Of a stretch of DNA of 64,000 nt, positions 56,284 to 64,000 are shown piece after piece. The stretch is from Candidatus Fermentibacterota bacterium (GTDB lineage Bacteria > Fermentibacterota > Fermentibacteria > Fermentibacterales > JCC-6), in assembly GCA_014728175.1 (NCBI GenBank), contig WJMA01000063.1, forward strand, positions 34,413 through 98,412, given 5' to 3'. The notes beneath the pieces were generated by a model. It ran no database searches. It saw nothing but the letters and a program-made list of their open reading frames with translations, and was not told the origin of the DNA. The translations under genes and the position numbers were made by a program. The first letter of the stretch is position 1. Each line of letters starts with the position of its first letter.

Positions 56284-56747
56284 TGAAGCTGAAGCGAAGG
56301 ATGAAGGCTTCCAGCACCATCTTCACCGGTACGATGGCCGACATCGTGTTCCTCCTGCTGGTGTTCTTCATGTCCACCACCCTGTTCAAGGAGACCGGAG
56401 GGCTCAGGGTAAGGTTCCCTCAGGCCCATCCGGACGTGATGAGCGAGCTGGGAAAGGACAAGCTGACGGTATCCGTATGGATAAAGCAGCTGGAGCCCGG
56501 CAACGACGAGAGCGACATTATAGCCAGAATTGGGGACTACGATCTGCCTTTGGAAAACGTCCCCGCCCAGCTGAAGAGGCTGAGCGAGAAGTTCTGGCGC
56601 GAGCAGAACAAGCGTCTCGACGTAGTGGTGATCAAGGCCGACCGCAGGCTCCCCATGGGAAACATGGTCGACCTCTTCAACTCGCTGCGTTTCGAGGAGC
56701 TTTACAGAATCCAGTTCAACGCCGAAGAGATTCAGTCTCCGGTATAG
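56283..56747 (+). CDS. exbD: ExbD/TolR-family protein
   Basis: TGTMADIVFLLLVFFMSTTLF, and VVIKADRRLPMGNMVDLFNSL. The ATG overlaps the upstream TGA. Confidence 0.85.
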   Translation: MKLKRRMKASSTIFTGTMADIVFLLLVFFMSTTLFKETGGLRVRFPQAHPDVMSELGKDKLTVSVWIKQLEPGNDESDIIARIGDYDLPLENVPAQLKRLSEKFWREQNKRLDVVVIKADRRLPMGNMVDLFNSLRFEELYRIQFNAEEIQSPV

Positions 56748-56759
56748 GGGGAGATAGAG

Positions 56760-57431
56760 ATGTCATCGCACGCCAATCTCGAGATGAAGGAGAAATCCTC
56801 CCTCTTTCTGGAGTGGGGTATCGCCATAGGCCTCGCCTTCGTTCTGCTAATGTTCGAGCTGGTACCCGCCAGCGAGCTGGGAAGGCTATCCACCAGAACC
56901 ACCGACGAGGAAATGGAGGCGGTCGAAGCCGATCTCGCCTACGACGATACCGTGGAGGAACAGCAGGAAGAGGTGGAGGAAGAGCAGGAGGAGATAGAGC
57001 AGGAAACCGAGGAGATGGTCGAAGAGCTGGAAACCGAGACCACCCTGTCTCTGGACGAGGAGACCACCGGGTTGGACACGGCTCAAACGGTTTCCCAGGG
57101 TGAGGAATTGGAAGGCTCGGATGACGAGGGCATAGGCCCCCCCAGGTTCATGCCCGCCGAGGTCCTTCCGAACTGCACCTACCGTCCGGTCCCCGAGTAC
57201 CCGGACATAGCCAGACGGGCGGGTGTCGAGGGTACCGTAGTCCTTTGGGTCTACGTGGATAAGAACGGGCAGGTGCGCGACGTGCAGCTGTACCAGGGCA
57301 GCGGGGTAAGCTCGCTGGATCAGGCGGCGATGAGCGCCGCCTGGGACACCAGGTGGACCCCGGCCCAGAACAACGGGGTCCCGGTGGACGTATGGACCAC
57401 CCTCAACTACAGATTCACATTGGGCCAATGA
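56760..57431 (+). CDS. tonB: Energy transducer TonB
   Basis: N-terminal TM helix, an acidic spacer rich in E and Q, and a C-terminal TonB domain YPDIARRAGVEGTVVLWVYVDKNGQV...NNGVPVDVW. Confidence 0.8.
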   Translation: MSSHANLEMKEKSSLFLEWGIAIGLAFVLLMFELVPASELGRLSTRTTDEEMEAVEADLAYDDTVEEQQEEVEEEQEEIEQETEEMVEELETETTLSLDEETTGLDTAQTVSQGEELEGSDDEGIGPPRFMPAEVLPNCTYRPVPEYPDIARRAGVEGTVVLWVYVDKNGQVRDVQLYQGSGVSSLDQAAMSAAWDTRWTPAQNNGVPVDVWTTLNYRFTLGQ

Positions 57432-57525
57432 GAAAGGAATCAGCAAAAAGTTACTCGACGAAGACTTCACGTTCAGCCGGCCCTTCGCGGGGGCGGTAAC
57501 GAATGAAACGGAGGTGAAGGAGGGT

Positions 57526-59790
57526 ATGAGAGAAAGCAGGTACTCGCCAATACTGCTAGGGGCCACGATACTCGCCCTGGTTGCGTACGCGTCCACGGGC
57601 CTGGCCCATAGCATGAGACCTGTTGCACCACTGGATACTGGAGGGCAGAGCGATCAGAGACCAGCGATAGTCTACGTTCTGCACAACCTCTCCAGCCTGT
57701 GGTCGACTTTCCTTAACATTGCCATCTGGGCCGATCCTTCCGAGAACTATCCCGGTATGGAGTGGCCCGGAGGTACGGGAATCAACTACCTCTGGCAGGG
57801 GAACCTCTGGGCCTGCTGCTACGGCGCGGTGACCCCGTCGGGCGAGGAGCGCAAATGGGCCTCGGTTCCCGACGTCAGCGTTGCCGGATGGGGCGAGTGG
57901 AAGCCCCACGAGGGTGAGGCCGCCATCAAGGTGGTGCCGGGTGAGATAGCCCTGGAGCAGACCACCTACGGCGTAGACGACTGGAGCCCCACCTACAACG
58001 AGAACCCCATGGGGCTGCACGCCTTCGTGCAGTGCTACAGCTGGGCCACCCCGGGGTACGACGCCATGATGGTCACCGACATGCTCATCACCCACAACAG
58101 TGAAGAGGGGAACCCCGGCGAGCCGCTGGGCGCTCTGGTGGTATCCATGATGGGCGACTGCGACGTCGCGGGTGAGAACCTCGGCGGGCACAACCTCGAC
58201 GACATGGTCTACTACGACGGCCACGCGATATGGTGCAACGACCCCGACGCCACGTTCGACTACGAGTACGACGACGGGACTCCGGCCAGCGAGGCCGACT
58301 GGTTCACCTACCAGCAGAACCCCGACGCCGACTACTCCGACCCCGAGGACAACATCTACTACTACTACAACTATCCTCCGGGTAGTGCCTTCCCCGGCCC
58401 GGACGGGCTGGTGGACGCCGACGTAGACGGCAACGGAGTCAGCGACCACTTCACCATTCTGGCGAAGGTGGTAGGTGGCGACACCCTCTACAGGGTGGAG
58501 CCCAACACCGGCCTGGAGCTGTTCAGCGACGGCATGCCTGAGAACTACTGGGAGCACAATCCCGAGGGCAGCGACACCACTTTCTTCGTGGTTCCCAGGA
58601 ACACCAGCTACATGTGGGACAGCGACAACCCGTCGTCGTCCATCGACGACAGCGGGCAGCCCACCCAGGAAACGCCGGCCAACGGCTTCATAGGGTGGAG
58701 AATGGTCGACTTCTACGTGGTCCATCAGGACGGAACCGTGGACAGGCCGATAGACGTCTACGACTACCCCATCCCCATCAGCCATTCCTGGTGGAACTGG
58801 GAGAGCGACCCGGGGACCGATATAGAGCAGTACGATTACATGTGGGGAGCCAACCCCGACGCCAGCGGCGACCGAAGCGGGCCGTCGTACCTGGCCGACT
58901 GGGTGGGCGACCCTTCGGCTCCCGAGGCCTTCGAACCCGAGAATGCCGGACCCTTCCCCGTAATCCACCAGCTACCCTACGGGCTGGAGTACCCGGTGTT
59001 CGACTACCGTTTCCTGCTCAGCGCCGGGCCCTGCGAGCTGACCGACACCGACACTCTCCATTTCGTAGGAGGATGGTTCGTTGGAAAGGGCCTGGACGGT
59101 ATGAGGCAGCAGGCGGACATCCTGCTGGACGCCTACCACAGGGGCGATGGTTGGGACGTTCCCGACCTTCCGCCCATGCCCATACTGTTCTACGAGGCCG
59201 GAAACGGCGTGGTCAACCTTCACTGGGGAGCCAACGCCGAGGGGTATAGCCCCTTCGGAGGCTACAACATCTACCGGACCACGTTCGAGCCCCGGGACTG
59301 GGAGTTCGTTACTTCCGTCTCTCCGGGCACCTACACCTACCAGGACACTGACGTAACCAGGGGCTATCCGTACTACTACGCGGTGTGCGCCTACGACGCG
59401 GAGACCGACATCGAAAGCCCCAGGTCCAACTACAAGCAGACCATCGAGGGCACTCCCGTGGCGGTGACTCCGGGATGGACCGACGAGACCGACTGGACCG
59501 AGAGGGTCAACGTCGTTCCCAACCCGTATAGGGGATCGGCTCCCTGGGAGCAGGCCTACTTCGACAAAATAGCGTTCACGCATCTGCCGGCGGTCTGCGA
59601 CATATACATCTACACGCTGGCGGGCGACCACGTGACAACTCTCGAGCACCGAAGCATGGCCGGTGACGACGGCACCGAGTACTGGGACCTTCTCAGTAGA
59701 AACGAGCAGTACGTCACCTCCGGCCTGTACATCTACCGCATCGAGACCGAGACCGACCACGTGGTAGGCAAATTCGCAATCATCCAATGA
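57526..59790 (+). CDS. Large secreted protein: unknown N-terminal region, FN3-like domain, T9SS-type C-terminal sorting domain
   Basis: GAAGGAGGG before the ATG at 57526. Signal peptide. FN3-like YNIYRTTFEP...YTYQDTDVTRGYPYYYAVCAYD. CTD VVPNPYRGS...CDIYIYTLAGDHVTTLEH...GLYIYRIETE. Confidence 0.85.
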   Translation: MRESRYSPILLGATILALVAYASTGLAHSMRPVAPLDTGGQSDQRPAIVYVLHNLSSLWSTFLNIAIWADPSENYPGMEWPGGTGINYLWQGNLWACCYGAVTPSGEERKWASVPDVSVAGWGEWKPHEGEAAIKVVPGEIALEQTTYGVDDWSPTYNENPMGLHAFVQCYSWATPGYDAMMVTDMLITHNSEEGNPGEPLGALVVSMMGDCDVAGENLGGHNLDDMVYYDGHAIWCNDPDATFDYEYDDGTPASEADWFTYQQNPDADYSDPEDNIYYYYNYPPGSAFPGPDGLVDADVDGNGVSDHFTILAKVVGGDTLYRVEPNTGLELFSDGMPENYWEHNPEGSDTTFFVVPRNTSYMWDSDNPSSSIDDSGQPTQETPANGFIGWRMVDFYVVHQDGTVDRPIDVYDYPIPISHSWWNWESDPGTDIEQYDYMWGANPDASGDRSGPSYLADWVGDPSAPEAFEPENAGPFPVIHQLPYGLEYPVFDYRFLLSAGPCELTDTDTLHFVGGWFVGKGLDGMRQQADILLDAYHRGDGWDVPDLPPMPILFYEAGNGVVNLHWGANAEGYSPFGGYNIYRTTFEPRDWEFVTSVSPGTYTYQDTDVTRGYPYYYAVCAYDAETDIESPRSNYKQTIEGTPVAVTPGWTDETDWTERVNVVPNPYRGSAPWEQAYFDKIAFTHLPAVCDIYIYTLAGDHVTTLEHRSMAGDDGTEYWDLLSRNEQYVTSGLYIYRIETETDHVVGKFAIIQ

Positions 59791-59807
59791 TGGAGGAAGG
59801 AGGGACC

Positions 59808-60788
59808 ATGAAGCTCACAGGAACGATCCTGACGGTAGCGGTGGCCGCCTTCCTGTTGCTCCCCGCTTCGGCGGAGGCGTCGTTCGCCAAGGTCGGAACG
59901 GCCGGCGCGCAGTTCCTGAAGATAGGAATAGGCACCAGGGCGGTCGGCATGGGCGGAGCTTTCATAGCCACCGCCGACGACCCCAGCGCGGTCTACTGGA
60001 ACCCGGCCTGCCTGGTGCGGGCACCGGGAACTCAGATCCAGTTCACCCACACCGAATGGTTCGAGGACGTGCGTTACGAGGCGGCGACTGTAAGCTACGA
60101 GTACCCCACCGTGGGTACCTTCGGCCTGCAGTTCGGCCTGATGAACTCGGGAGACATGGACGTAACCACCGTGGAGAATCCCGAGGGAACCGGCGAGACC
60201 TTCACCTGCTCGGACATAGTGGTAGGGGTCTCGTTCGCCAGGATGCTGACCGACAGGTTCAGCACCGGCCTTACGCTCAAGTACGTCCGCGAGGCCTGGG
60301 ACGACATATCCGCGGGAGGACTGGCCGTCGACATGGGAACCCTTTACAACACGGGCTTCAAAACCCTGCGTATCGGCATGACCATACAGCACTTCGGCGG
60401 CGAGATCACCCCCGGCGGCGAGTTCCAGGAGCACTACAGCGGCAACGACTCGACGGAGACCTACGAGTCGTACTCGCTGCCCATGATGTTTAAGCTCGGC
60501 CTGGCCATGGACGTGTTGGACAGGGGTCCGCACTTCATGACCATCGAGGTGGACGGAGTCCATCCCAACGACAACGTCGAGCGGGTGAACATCGGCACCG
60601 AGTACTGGTTCGACAACATGGTGGCTCTCCGCGGAGGCTACCATATAAACGCGGACGAGGCGGGAGCGACCGCCGGGGCGGGGTTCCGCATCCCGCTGGG
60701 CGGACAGACCATTACGTTGGATTACGCTTACGCCGACTGGAACAGGCTCGAGGTGGTTCACAGGGCCAGCCTGGGCTTCGCGTTCTAG
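59808..60788 (+). CDS. PorV/PorQ-family outer-membrane beta-barrel protein
   Basis: Signal peptide, then GTAGAQFLKIGIGTRAVGMGGAFIATADDPSAVYWNPACL, the hallmark N-terminal motif of the family. C-terminal aromatic residue (GFAF). Confidence 0.75.
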   Translation: MKLTGTILTVAVAAFLLLPASAEASFAKVGTAGAQFLKIGIGTRAVGMGGAFIATADDPSAVYWNPACLVRAPGTQIQFTHTEWFEDVRYEAATVSYEYPTVGTFGLQFGLMNSGDMDVTTVENPEGTGETFTCSDIVVGVSFARMLTDRFSTGLTLKYVREAWDDISAGGLAVDMGTLYNTGFKTLRIGMTIQHFGGEITPGGEFQEHYSGNDSTETYESYSLPMMFKLGLAMDVLDRGPHFMTIEVDGVHPNDNVERVNIGTEYWFDNMVALRGGYHINADEAGATAGAGFRIPLGGQTITLDYAYADWNRLEVVHRASLGFAF

Positions 60789-60807
60789 CGAGGTAACGAT
60801 ATTGATC

Positions 60808-60835
60808 GGGATGGGGCGCGGCCGCGTCCCATCCC
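60808..60835 (+). terminator. Strong near-perfect palindromic hairpin after the PorV-like gene
   Basis: GGGATGGGGCGCGGCCGCGTCCCATCCC gives about 12 to 13 bp including one G-U pair. Confidence 0.45.
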
Positions 60836-60848
60836 CGAAGGAAAGGAA

Positions 60849-62027
60849 GTGATGCTCTACCTGGGAGCGGTTCTCCTGTGCAGCCTGATCGGCCTGGAGG
60901 TCGACTGGTCTGCAGAGCCGGCGTCCGGCTCGAACGAAGGAATTCTGCGGGTGGAGGTAACTCTGCGGGCGGAAGACTTCCTGTTCGTGCAGGGCGAGGA
61001 AGAGACGGCCTCCTACGAGGTCGTCGCCACCACCGACGGCGGCGGCTACGCCCGTCGTGCCGGTACGGCCCTTCGAAACCGCTTCCCGCTTACCGTAAGC
61101 CTCGAGCTCTCCGGGGTTGCTCCCGGAGAGCGTACCATGACCGTGACAACCACCGACCTGGAGTCCGACAGCCGTACCTCCACCCGCAAGGAGGTTTTCG
61201 TTCCCCGGGCCGGAAGGCTCGGCTGGACCGCCGGAAATCCCAGGCTGCCCGACGGGACCTCGGTGTCGGCCGAGGGTAGCGTAAGGGTGGTATGGGAACT
61301 GTATCCTCCCACCGGAACGGAGGCTCTCGAAGACCTCAGGTCCGCTTACCTGCTTCGCGGCGAAAACGGTACCGTGTTCGCCGAGGGATGGATGACCCGC
61401 ACGGGCGAGGGCTCGAACCTCATCTTCGAGGCCAGCGTACCGGTCGAGGGCCTGGACGAGGGTGACTACGAGGTCCTTACCGCCGCGGTGGCGGAAGAGG
61501 ACCCCGTCGCGAGCTCGTCCACCCGGTTGAACGTTCTGCCCAGCTGGGACGTATGGGGAAAGGAAGTAGACGAGACGACCACCCTGATCCGTCCCATAGC
61601 CAAAAACTCAGATCTGGACCGGCTGCAGGATGCGGAGACCAGAACCGAGCGGCAGGCGATCATGGCGGAGTTTTGGAAGAGAAGGGACCCTACCCCCCTG
61701 ACCCAGGAGAACGAGTACCTCCAGCTGTACCTGAGAAGGCTGCGGTTCACCGAGAACAGGTACGGTGTACTGGGGACCAGAGGAGTGAACACCGACCGGG
61801 GAAGGGTATATCTGCTCCTGGGCCAACCCGACATTCTGGAGGATAGGCCCATGGAGTACGGAACGCTGCCCTACCAGGTATGGACCTACTTCACTCCCTC
61901 TCTCACCGTGGTTTTCGTCGACTACAGCGGTTACGGCCTGTACGAGCTGGCCACTCCGTGGGAGGACGTGATGGACGAGAGTTCCGGTCCGCTTTACGTA
62001 CTGGGCTGCAACGGAGGCCCGTCGTGA
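60849..62027 (+). CDS. GWxTD-domain protein (secreted)
   Basis: C-terminal module FWKRRDPTP...NTDRGRVYLLLGQPD...LPYQVWTYF. The GWxTD motif is degenerate (GVNTD). Confidence 0.8.
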   Translation: MMLYLGAVLLCSLIGLEVDWSAEPASGSNEGILRVEVTLRAEDFLFVQGEEETASYEVVATTDGGGYARRAGTALRNRFPLTVSLELSGVAPGERTMTVTTTDLESDSRTSTRKEVFVPRAGRLGWTAGNPRLPDGTSVSAEGSVRVVWELYPPTGTEALEDLRSAYLLRGENGTVFAEGWMTRTGEGSNLIFEASVPVEGLDEGDYEVLTAAVAEEDPVASSSTRLNVLPSWDVWGKEVDETTTLIRPIAKNSDLDRLQDAETRTERQAIMAEFWKRRDPTPLTQENEYLQLYLRRLRFTENRYGVLGTRGVNTDRGRVYLLLGQPDILEDRPMEYGTLPYQVWTYFTPSLTVVFVDYSGYGLYELATPWEDVMDESSGPLYVLGCNGGPS

Positions 62028-63328
62028 GGTGGCCGGTCGCTCTGCTGCTTTGCCTGGGAATGGTGGCGGCATCCGGCCTCAGCTCCCGCAGCAGCGGTGA
62101 CCTGGAGTTCGGCATAGACACCGCCGTCTTCCGGCTGGGCGACCAGGACCGGATCATGGTGGAGGTTTACGAGGAGATAGATCTGCAGCAGCTGGCCCGA
62201 GACTCGGCCGGGCAGGTATGGCTGGTGACGGAGGTGGCCCTGATCGGTTCGGAAGGCGATACCGTAGGGCTGGACCAGTGGGCGAGCAGGCTGGAATGGA
62301 TGGAGAGCCGAAGCATAGTCAACAGCACCGCCATGGCCGCGGCCGAGGGCGAGTATACCCTGCAGGTAACGGTGACCGACATGGGCAACGGCAGGCAGGG
62401 CCGGGTGGAGAGGCCGCTGGTTCTCAGAAGCCCCTCCGTGCTCAGCCAGCTGGAGCTGGCCAAGACCGTGGCCCCGGCGCCGGAAGGCTCCCAGAGTAGC
62501 CTGCGCAAGGGGCGCATGCTGGTGTTTCCGGCCGCCTCGGGGAAGTTCGAGCTACCAGCGGAGCAGAGGGTGTACGTTTACGCCGAGCTCTACGACGCGG
62601 ACGGAAGAACGGTCCAGCGAAGAACCACCCTGACCGGCCCGGAGGGAGAGCTTCTGTTCGCCCGTCCCTGGCAGAGCCTCGCGGTTCCGGAGGAAGGACA
62701 GGCGGTGGGTATCCTGGACAGTCTGAGCTTGCTACCGGCCAGGGTATCCGGGCTTCACTACGTGTCGGTATCCATAGTGCTGAACCAGGACACGCTGGTG
62801 CAGAGAAAACCGCTGATGCTTTCCTTCTCCGCCGCGGACGAAGGCGGCTACGAGGCAGGCACGACCGCCGCGGACACCATGTTCTTCCCCGAGCTGCGCT
62901 ACCTTCTGTCCGACCAGGAGAAGGACCTGGTCGACGGCCTGACCTCGGAGGAGTCAAGGAGATCCTTCTACCAGAGCTTCTGGGCCGGAAGGGAAGACCA
63001 GAGAGAGGCTTTCGAGCAGCGGTGCATGGAGGCGGAGCGCTTCGGCAGCCAGTTCCGGGAGGGCTGGAGGACCGACCGGGGCAGGGTGTACATAAAGTAC
63101 GGAGAGCCCGACGACGTGGAGACCAGCTCCTTCGGCGTGGGCACGCTTCCTTACGTGATATGGTATTACTACACCGGAGGGAACGAGACGTTCGTGTTCC
63201 TCGACCGCATGGGGAACGGCGACTACGAGCAGATCCACTCCACCGTCGAAGGTGAGGTGGATTTCGCCAACTGGCGGGAGATGCTCACCCCTGTTCGCTC
63301 CGGAACGGGTTCGTCGGAGGGGTTCTGA
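62024..63328 (+). CDS. GWxTD-domain protein (secreted)
   Basis: The GTG overlaps the upstream TGA. Signal peptide VRWPVALLLCLGMVAAS. FREGWRTDRGRVYIKYGEPD...LPYVIWYYY carries a canonical GWRTD. Confidence 0.8.
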   Translation: MRWPVALLLCLGMVAASGLSSRSSGDLEFGIDTAVFRLGDQDRIMVEVYEEIDLQQLARDSAGQVWLVTEVALIGSEGDTVGLDQWASRLEWMESRSIVNSTAMAAAEGEYTLQVTVTDMGNGRQGRVERPLVLRSPSVLSQLELAKTVAPAPEGSQSSLRKGRMLVFPAASGKFELPAEQRVYVYAELYDADGRTVQRRTTLTGPEGELLFARPWQSLAVPEEGQAVGILDSLSLLPARVSGLHYVSVSIVLNQDTLVQRKPLMLSFSAADEGGYEAGTTAADTMFFPELRYLLSDQEKDLVDGLTSEESRRSFYQSFWAGREDQREAFEQRCMEAERFGSQFREGWRTDRGRVYIKYGEPDDVETSSFGVGTLPYVIWYYYTGGNETFVFLDRMGNGDYEQIHSTVEGEVDFANWREMLTPVRSGTGSSEGF

Positions 63329-63460
63329 TTTGACTGCCCTCGGCGCATCCGGGAAGAATCGAGAGATGAAATGGATCGTCGCAAAGGCTCCGCGCAAGGC
63401 GGGGCGTACGGTTATGACGGCGCAGTGCACAAGCTGCCGCTTTACCTTAGGAGGTCGAGT

Positions 63461-64000
63461 ATGATGAGATCCGCAGGATTCCGCCGAACCGGCCTGGCGC
63501 TGGCTCTGGCGGTGTTCCTGTTGCCACTGGCAGTACCAGGGGTCGCTGGGGCGATGGAGGTGGGAGACACCTTCGTGCTGGACATCCCCGACATCTCCCA
63601 GTTCCCCAGCCAGACCGAGCCCCCTTGGTCTCCCAAGCAGTTCACCTGCAGGGCGGTGACGGAACACGCCAACTGGCTGGTGCAGGACACCAGCTACATC
63701 GGAGACACACCGGACTCCGTGACCATGAACCTGATCTGGGGCAACATAGTTACCCAGGCAGAGCTGGACAGCCTTACAGACCAGTTCGAGGGCGCCGGAG
63801 TGAACGTTTACGGAACGGTGACCGGCGTATTCGGGGAGATGCCCCAGACGGTCAACGACGACGAGAAGATATGGATCGTCATGGCGGATGTGCCCGACTT
63901 CTACCAGAACCAGTCGGGTCCCCCGTCCCGGGTCGGGGCATGGATGTACGCATGGCCCGCAGACTTCGATGGCGACAGCACCACGGCCAACAATCACGAC
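63461..64000 (+). CDS. Secreted protein, 3'-truncated by the window edge, unknown function. Not in the supplied ORF track.
   Basis: AGGAGG located 7 nt before the ATG at 63461. Own translation: MMRSAGFRRTGLALALAVFLLPLAVPGVAGA... The frame stays open to the last base. Confidence 0.7.
   Translation, partial: MMRSAGFRRTGLALALAVFLLPLAVPGVAGAMEVGDTFVLDIPDISQFPSQTEPPWSPKQFTCRAVTEHANWLVQDTSYIGDTPDSVTMNLIWGNIVTQAELDSLTDQFEGAGVNVYGTVTGVFGEMPQTVNDDEKIWIVMADVPDFYQNQSGPPSRVGAWMYAWPADFDGDSTTANNHD

Overview
High-G+C (by eye above 60%), almost fully coding bacterial chromosome segment. The gene content suggests an uncultivated FCB-superphylum-like lineage: a PorX-type response regulator, a PorV-like outer-membrane protein, a T9SS-type C-terminal sorting domain and GWxTD proteins. 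Gene order: histidine kinase and receiver-PglZ regulator; tsaE-tsaB-(rimI::PNP fusion)-folC; a small 2-TM protein and an FGE-fold lipoprotein; a visibly lower-G+C islet with a wHTH-nucleotidyltransferase/HEPN pair abutting tRNA-Val; a 604-aa regulatory-looking protein; tRNA-Met(CAT); an FG-GAP repeat gene interrupted by one in-frame TGA; a sulfatase-family lipoprotein; a frameshifted small secreted gene; a methyltransferase; tilS-hpt-ftsH-folE-folP-cdaA plus a degenerate polyprenyl-synthase homolog; priA and an MtaD-like amidohydrolase on the minus strand; rhaB-rhaA-rhaD and a GH78 rhamnosidase; corA; a polytopic membrane protein; two ABC exporter half-pairs; gcvT-H-PA-PB. The gcv genes run without a break into eight genes of unknown function centred on a MutL-family ASKHA ATPase and several membrane proteins (44479-51625). 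I consider this the best candidate for an undescribed system. Next come a TonB-dependent receptor, ExbB-ExbD-ExbD-TonB, a large CTD-bearing secreted protein, a PorV-like protein, two GWxTD proteins and a 3'-truncated secreted protein. I recognised no rRNA, CRISPR array, transposase or integrase. Many long antisense ORFs in the track are GC-driven shadows. All calls rest on motif recognition by eye. Start codons are often alternative (TTG/GTG) and uncertain by a few codons.
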